DNA of 64,000 bases from Dehalococcoidia bacterium (GTDB taxonomy: Bacteria; Chloroflexota; Dehalococcoidia; DSTF01; WHTK01). The stretch lies in NCBI GenBank assembly GCA_965247485.1, contig OZ252017.1, forward strand, positions 2,018,884-2,082,883. Direction: 5' to 3'. A program made the position numbers and the translations under genes. Shown here piece after piece: positions 59,079 to 64,000 of the stretch. Under the pieces are notes generated by a model, which saw nothing but the letters and a program-made list of their open reading frames with translations, ran no database searches and was not told the origin of the DNA. Positions within the stretch are counted from its first letter, which is position 1, and each line of letters begins with the position of its first letter.

Positions 59079-60341
59079 ATGACCGCCTCAGCCGTTCGGA
59101 GTGCCGGTCGCCGGATTTCTAGTGCTTTCGCGTCTTTGTCCTACAGAGAGTTCCGCCTTCTTTGGTACGGGCAGCTATCGCAGGCCGGTACTTTGTGGGC
59201 CGAGCAGGTGACGCGTAGCTGGCTGGCTTTTGAGCTTACCGGCTCCGCGTTTCAGCTTGGCTTATTGCAGGTCGTGCGGGGCGTCTCCGCGCTCCTCCTT
59301 GGCATGTGGGGTGGAGTTTTAGCAGACCGCTTTGACAAGAAGACCCTGCTAATGGCGACTCAAACCTGGACTTTGATCATCTACGCGGCGCTAGCCGCCG
59401 TGACCTTGAGCAACACCCTGGAGCTATGGCATCTGTACGCGAGTGCCGTCGGGCTTTCGCTGGGTGGAGCAATAAACCAGCCCGTTCGTACCTCAATCAT
59501 CCCTTCCCTCGTGCCAGAGGGCCAAATCCTCAACGCCCTTTCGCTCAATTCCATAGCGATCAACGCCTCTCGGCTTGGCACACCAATCGCGGTAGCCGGC
59601 TTAATCGCTCTTACCGGAAATGGTGGCTGGGGATATGCGATCTGCGCCTTCTTATACGTCCTCATCCTCTGGTTTACTCTGCTGCTTAAACGGCCTGAGG
59701 TCAGTTCGGAAGCAGCCTCGAGGTCGATGGTGAGGTCAATGTGGGAGGGTCTCGCCTTTGTCGGACGCAATCGTCTGATCCTGGCTCACATGATCATCGC
59801 CATGGGGCCGCTTGCCTTTGGGCTCAGCTTTCAGTGGATCCTGGTGGTTTACGCCACAGAAACCCTTGGCCTTGACGTCACTTCCTTCGGCGCGCTGTTC
59901 ACTGCAGGGGGCATAGGTGCGCTCATAGGCGGCGTGATGATCGCTTCGAGTGGCACAAGCACGCGGCAAGGGACCGTCATGCTCGCATCAGGCTTGATCT
60001 ACGGCCTAATGCTCGTGGGAATGGGACTCGTCGGCTTTTTGTCTACCGGCTTACCGCTTTTTTGGTTCGCCGCTCCGTTCATCATGATCATCGGTGCCAG
60101 CCAGTCGATTTTTCGGGCCACCAACAACAGCAGGCTACTCGCACATTCGCCGGCTGAGATGCGTGGCCGCGTAATGGGGTTAACCGTGCCGACCCAGGCG
60201 GTAAACGCCCTCGCGGCTCTTATGGCCGGCGGCATCGCTGAGACGATTAGCCCGGCGTTTGCCATGGGGGCCCTCGGTGCCGCATGCCTTTTGATCGTCC
60301 TGCTGGTTAGCACCTGGGAACCGAGAATCCGCGGCGGCTAG
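59079..60341 (+). CDS. MFS transporter (paralog of the 4221..5471 gene)
   Basis: 420 aa, 12 TM. Conserved …GVLADRFDKKTLLMATQ… region mirrors …GVLADRWDRRKLLMVTQ… at 4221. Confidence 0.8.
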   Translation: MTASAVRSAGRRISSAFASLSYREFRLLWYGQLSQAGTLWAEQVTRSWLAFELTGSAFQLGLLQVVRGVSALLLGMWGGVLADRFDKKTLLMATQTWTLIIYAALAAVTLSNTLELWHLYASAVGLSLGGAINQPVRTSIIPSLVPEGQILNALSLNSIAINASRLGTPIAVAGLIALTGNGGWGYAICAFLYVLILWFTLLLKRPEVSSEAASRSMVRSMWEGLAFVGRNRLILAHMIIAMGPLAFGLSFQWILVVYATETLGLDVTSFGALFTAGGIGALIGGVMIASSGTSTRQGTVMLASGLIYGLMLVGMGLVGFLSTGLPLFWFAAPFIMIIGASQSIFRATNNSRLLAHSPAEMRGRVMGLTVPTQAVNALAALMAGGIAETISPAFAMGALGAACLLIVLLVSTWEPRIRGG

Positions 60342-60419
60342 CTAGCGACTGTCTTCCGGTCGGGTTGGCGGATCAGCCGGCCGCGGCCACCGGTACCGTG
60401 ATGCGTCCCGATACGATGG

Positions 60420-60686
60420 CTAAATACGCGGCGGAAGCCGGTTTTCGCAGTACTGAAATCCCGCCGATTGAGAACTTTCTTTTCCGGTTCTACCGTCTAA
60501 ATCCATAAATCCGGCGCCGGCGATGAGCGAAGCCCCTTTGGCCGGTATTCCAAACAATCTCTCACCTTTTTTCAAATAATCCCTTATGCTGGAATAACTG
60601 GCGTTATCGAGATATGGCCATTGGCCGGCAATCCACTCAATGCCGAGGCTCCGGGCAAGACCCACGGCCATGGTCCGGTACTCCAA
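60420..60686 (-). CDS. Hypothetical 88-aa ORF on the opposite strand between element copies H and G. Possibly a gene remnant.
   Basis: ORF-track only. No recognisable family. It is the only minus-strand ORF in the cassette-like array. Confidence 0.2.
   Translation of the reverse strand: MEYRTMAVGLARSLGIEWIAGQWPYLDNASYSSIRDYLKKGERLFGIPAKGASLIAGAGFMDLDGRTGKESSQSAGFQYCENRLPPRI
60535..60583 (+). repeat. Degenerate partial copy H (…TTTGGCCGGTATTCCAAACAATCTCTCACCTTTTTTCAAATAATCCC)
   Basis: Retains only the GCCGGTATT…AAATAAT tail block. Confidence 0.35.
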
Positions 60687-60693
60687 AACTCAT

Positions 60694-60760
60694 GACGACA
60701 AACAGACGCAGCCGACGCTCCCGGCAAGGCCCATGGCCATTGCCGGTATTTGAAATAATC
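60694..60760 (+). repeat. Structured repeat, copy G, ending 1 nt before the ATG of a small membrane-protein gene (GACGACAAACAGACGCAGCCGACGCTCCCGGCAAGGCCCATGGCCATTGCCGGTATTTGAAATAATC-ATG)
   Basis: The inner hairpin is replaced by GGCC-CAT-GGCC, so the structure is kept with a different sequence. Confidence 0.75.
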
Positions 60761-61114
60761 ATGCTAATCCAGTCTTTCGCAAACGGTAGACTTATAATCG
60801 CCTCTGGCCTCGTTGCCTCTCTGTGTGGGATGCTTCTGGGATTCGGAAGCATGGGCTATAATGCGGTCGCGGACGGTGCCGTCTACACGCTGGTTTCCTG
60901 GGCCCTGATTGCGCCGGTCTGGCTTCTAGCGGCTATCCTCTGGTTTTTTGGTGTCCGCGGCTCCCGTCTTTTTCTAGTCATGCTGCTCTTTGTAGCCTCG
61001 GCTGGCGCAACTTATTATGGCGACGTTTACGGACAGTATCCCGGTCTTTTCCTGATCGGCATATCGATGATTCACGTTGCCTTGAGGGACAGATCGGCCT
61101 ATTCTGTGCCCTAG
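60761..61114 (+). CDS. Small integral membrane protein (4 TM), hypothetical
   Basis: ATG at 60761 immediately after element copy G (MLIQSFANGRLIIASGLVASLCG…). The ORF-track start at 60614 reads through the element. Confidence 0.45.
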   Translation: MLIQSFANGRLIIASGLVASLCGMLLGFGSMGYNAVADGAVYTLVSWALIAPVWLLAAILWFFGVRGSRLFLVMLLFVASAGATYYGDVYGQYPGLFLIGISMIHVALRDRSAYSVP

Positions 61115-61424
61115 TTCTTTGTTAGGTCCTGGTGCGGCTTCGCAGCCAGGGAGGATTGAGACCCATGTATCGACCCACGCCACCGTCGACGACTGGCCAA
61201 ACTGTTTCCACAAAGTCTTTCCCGCTTTTTGCCATCGAGTAGTTGACACTAGCCCTCTAGTTTGGCGTAAAGTGGCCGGAGTTTCTCGGTGGCAGTAAAG
61301 TCGAAAATTAGAAACCGATGGAGAGAAACTTTTTCGTGGGGCGAGTCTCGCAGAGGCGAGACCATTATTCATAAGCCCCAAATCTGTTCTGTCAGTGGAA
61401 TCAAAAACCACTGGAGGGTAAGCC

Positions 61425-63281
61425 GTGTTTGAACGCCGTTTGGAGGCTGAAATGCCTCCGCTATCGAAGTCTACTCTTCGAAAAGCCGTTATTCTTGCCG
61501 CGGGCTCTGGTCAAAGACTGCGACCACTGACCGACAACCAGCCAAAATGTCTCGTTCTGGTTGGCGGAGAATCTATACTCTTCCGCACTCTATCGACCCT
61601 GGTCCAATACGGAATTCGTGAGGTCGTGATCGTTATCGGCCACGAGGGCCAGAAGATCATCGACGCCACCCATGACACATTCCCGGAGCTCCAGGTCACT
61701 TTTGTCTGGGCCAAGCGCTATGAGACGACGAATAATATTTGCTCCCTCTGGGAGGCTCGCGATCACTGCGACGAAGATATCCTGCTCATTGAGAGTGACG
61801 TAGTTTTTGAAGGCGAGGTGCTGCGTCGAATGCTTGAAGTCGATGGCAATGCGATGGCGATCGCGCCCCATCGAAGCTGGCTTTCGGGCACAGTGGTGCG
61901 AACATCCGAAGACCGCAACGTCACGTCCATGTTCCTCGGCTCTGACCAGGACGCGGCTTTTCGCTACGACGACACATTTAAGACCGCCAATATTTACCGC
62001 CTGGAGAAGAGATTCTTGGCTGAACGCTATATCCCAGCCCTCTGTGACGAGGTTGCCCAGGGCAACGTGGACTCCTACTACGAGTCTATTCTTAGGGACT
62101 TGATGGCCTCCGGCGAGGCTGACTTCACCAGCGTGGATATTGGCGACCGCCTCTGGTACGAGGTAGACGACGAGAAAGACCTCAAGGCCGCCGAAAAGCT
62201 CTTTGCGCCTCCACAACAACGACTGGACAACGTCCTAAAGCTCCATGGCAGCTATTGGCGCTACGGATTCACGGACCATTCCTATCTCTACAATCTCTAC
62301 TTCCCGCCCGAAGAAATGCTGCGGCTTTTCCAGCAAGATTTACGTGACATAATTAACAACTATCCGGTTGGGCAGGATGAGCTGTGTGCCCTCGTGAGTG
62401 CTTGGACTGGTGCGCCGGCAGAGCAAATCACCGTGGCCAATGGCGCTTCCGAACTGATCAAGATTTTGGGTCGTGAACTGGATGGCCCGCTGACAATTCC
62501 GGTACCTTCCTTCAATGAGTACGAAAACGTAATTCAGCCCCAATTGTTGAACCGCTTTTACCTTGACCAGTCCAGCTTTGACCTCGACGTCGAGGCGTTT
62601 GCCGATTCCGCTATTCGTTCCCGCTCCAAGATGGCGATAGTTGTGACCCCGAATAATCCGACATCGCTATCGGTGCCCAAAAAGGATCTGCTTTATCTGG
62701 CTGAGAAACTGCGAAAGAATGACTGCCTGCTGATCGTCGACGAATCTTTCGTCGAATTCTCTTGCACAGGGGTGGAACAGAGCGTTCAACCACATCTCGC
62801 GGAACACGAAAACCTCGTGCTGATGAAAAGCATGAGCAAGGTTTTCGGCATCGCCGGCCTTCGGATCGGCTACGCCCTGTCTTCAGATTCCAGCGTCACT
62901 GAGCAGTTTCGCCGTGAGGTGCCAATTTGGAATATCAACGGTTTGGCGGAAGCGTTCTTGCGCTCGATCGGCGAATTTAAGCAGGAATTTTTCGATAGCT
63001 GTGAGCGCGTCAAGGCTGATCGAGACGATCTCTACGACATGCTGCTGGCGACGCCGGGCATTCAGCCCTACAGGCCCGACGCAAACTTCATTTTCGCCAA
63101 AATCAACCACGCGGCTCTCACCGGGCCTGACCTGGTGAAACGACTCTTCGTTGAGCAGAATATCCTCGTCAAAGATTGCGCGGGGAAATCGATGAAGGAC
63201 GCGGACCGCTTTGTTCGCATCGCTTCGCGGACGCCGGCAGAGAACCAGAAACTTGTGGAGGCGTTTCGACGACTCGACTAG
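61425..63281 (+). CDS. Bifunctional fusion: N-terminal sugar/alcohol-phosphate nucleotidyl(cytidylyl)transferase (LicC/PntC-like) plus C-terminal class I/II PLP-dependent enzyme (HisC/CobD-like aminotransferase or decarboxylase)
   Basis: N-terminus AVILAAGSGQRLRPLT…KCLVLV (NTP-transferase G-x-G-x-R-L signature). C-terminus …VVTPNNPTS…SMSKVFGIAGLRIGY… (PLP-lysine context of the HisC/CobD family). 618 aa. Confidence 0.65.
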   Translation: MFERRLEAEMPPLSKSTLRKAVILAAGSGQRLRPLTDNQPKCLVLVGGESILFRTLSTLVQYGIREVVIVIGHEGQKIIDATHDTFPELQVTFVWAKRYETTNNICSLWEARDHCDEDILLIESDVVFEGEVLRRMLEVDGNAMAIAPHRSWLSGTVVRTSEDRNVTSMFLGSDQDAAFRYDDTFKTANIYRLEKRFLAERYIPALCDEVAQGNVDSYYESILRDLMASGEADFTSVDIGDRLWYEVDDEKDLKAAEKLFAPPQQRLDNVLKLHGSYWRYGFTDHSYLYNLYFPPEEMLRLFQQDLRDIINNYPVGQDELCALVSAWTGAPAEQITVANGASELIKILGRELDGPLTIPVPSFNEYENVIQPQLLNRFYLDQSSFDLDVEAFADSAIRSRSKMAIVVTPNNPTSLSVPKKDLLYLAEKLRKNDCLLIVDESFVEFSCTGVEQSVQPHLAEHENLVLMKSMSKVFGIAGLRIGYALSSDSSVTEQFRREVPIWNINGLAEAFLRSIGEFKQEFFDSCERVKADRDDLYDMLLATPGIQPYRPDANFIFAKINHAALTGPDLVKRLFVEQNILVKDCAGKSMKDADRFVRIASRTPAENQKLVEAFRRLD

Positions 63282-63295
63282 CAGATGACAAGGGC

Positions 63296-63919
63296 TTGGG
63301 AAAGCCCATTGTTGGTCATTTCTGGGACGCGGCAAACCTGCTCTCCCTTGCCGGTCTGCTTAGTAGCACGATGGCCCTGGGCTTTGCTCTAAACCATCGC
63401 TTTGAGTTGGTGGGCGTTTGCCTCATTTTGGCGTTCTTGGCCGACGTTTACGATGGCTGGGTGGCTAGGAGACTAAAAGGCCGCACCGAGCTCGACAAAG
63501 CCTTTGGCGCCAACCTAGACTCACTAATCGACGTCATTGGCGCCGGCGTTCTGCCCGGTGTCGTTCTTCTCAGCCTTGGCGCTTTCCAGGGCTGGTATCT
63601 CCCCGGCGCATTTATGCTGGTTGCCGCCGCGACGATGCGCTTGAGCTTCTTCAACGTGCATGGCTTTGGCGCCGAGAAGACCCACTATACCGGCTTGCCC
63701 ACCGACCTGGTAATTCTCGCTTTTACCGTCATGATGTTGACGGAGGAGATACTCTCTCTGGAGCAGTTCCGCATCGCGCTCTATGCTGGCGCTGTTCTCC
63801 TCGCGGGGCTAATGGTCAGCCCTTTCCAAATCCGAAAACTTGAAGGCTCCTGGTATTATGCGCTGCCCGTAATCGCTGCTGTCGTCGGTCTCACGCACGC
63901 TGCAAGGCTGCTGAATTAG
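63296..63919 (+). CDS. CDP-alcohol phosphatidyltransferase family membrane protein
   Basis: Motif DVYDGWVARRLKGRTELDKAFGANLDSLID (DG…AR…G…D…D) plus multiple TM helices. The start is probably TTG ~63296 after the upstream stop. The ORF-track start at 63176 overlaps the fusion gene. Confidence 0.6.
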   Translation: MGKPIVGHFWDAANLLSLAGLLSSTMALGFALNHRFELVGVCLILAFLADVYDGWVARRLKGRTELDKAFGANLDSLIDVIGAGVLPGVVLLSLGAFQGWYLPGAFMLVAAATMRLSFFNVHGFGAEKTHYTGLPTDLVILAFTVMMLTEEILSLEQFRIALYAGAVLLAGLMVSPFQIRKLEGSWYYALPVIAAVVGLTHAARLLN

Positions 63920-64000
63920 GGTTGCGGGCGCACCAGATAGAAGTGGTTCTGGAGATGCGGCCAGGACACACCCAGCTTACGTAGAATCATCGGCGTCAAC

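Noticed and set aside
56660-60765. Classic integron attC sites / integron cassette array
   Set aside because: Copy A begins with ACCTAAC, which matches RYYYAAC, but the other copies do not. No GTTRRRY R' box is present at the 3' end. No intI or attI is in the window. Kept only as a 'cassette-like' analogy, not as an integron call.
63920-64000. Possible 3' end of a minus-strand gene entering from the right edge (…MILRKLGVSWPHLQNHFYLVRPQP*)
   Set aside because: Only 27 codons are visible with no recognisable motif. Too little sequence to call.

Overview
This is a high-GC (roughly 60%) bacterial chromosomal segment with no rRNA, tRNA or CRISPR. The gene content looks Actinobacteria-like (an MshC-type Cys ligase, an AddAB/AdnAB-type helicase-nuclease, a lipobox lipoprotein), but Chloroflexi cannot be excluded. 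Most of the window is core metabolism and DNA repair:
- MarR-MFS pair.
- Rieske ring-hydroxylating dioxygenase alpha and beta subunits.
- Two oligopeptide-type ABC permeases plus an MBL hydrolase.
- 2-oxoacid:ferredoxin oxidoreductase KorAB.
- AddAB and SbcDC on divergent strands.
- A pentose-phosphate/glycolysis block (tkt-tal-pgi-HAD-gnd-glucokinase).
- plsY, pyruvate kinase, and a two-subunit pyruvate carboxylase (PycA/PycB).
- metF-metH.
Three accessory patches sit among these:
1. Around 11.3-13.3 kb there is a decayed island: a secreted protein carrying a 66-bp tandem repeat with internal frame disruptions, a frameshifted FAD-halogenase-like gene, and an orphan ACP.
2. Around 56.6-60.8 kb, co-oriented small accessory genes (thioredoxin-like, SRPBCC, HNH endonuclease, MFS, small membrane proteins) are each separated by copies of a conserved, hairpin-forming 55-80-bp element. 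In three copies the element abuts the downstream ATG. It is a candidate new cassette-boundary or cis-regulatory element family.
3. At the 3' end, a nucleotidyltransferase::PLP-enzyme fusion sits next to a CDP-alcohol phosphatidyltransferase, suggesting an unusual polar-lipid head-group pathway.
Several accessory genes carry 1-nt frameshifts while every large housekeeping gene is intact. A 51-bp minisatellite lies in the addAB/sbcDC divergent promoter region.
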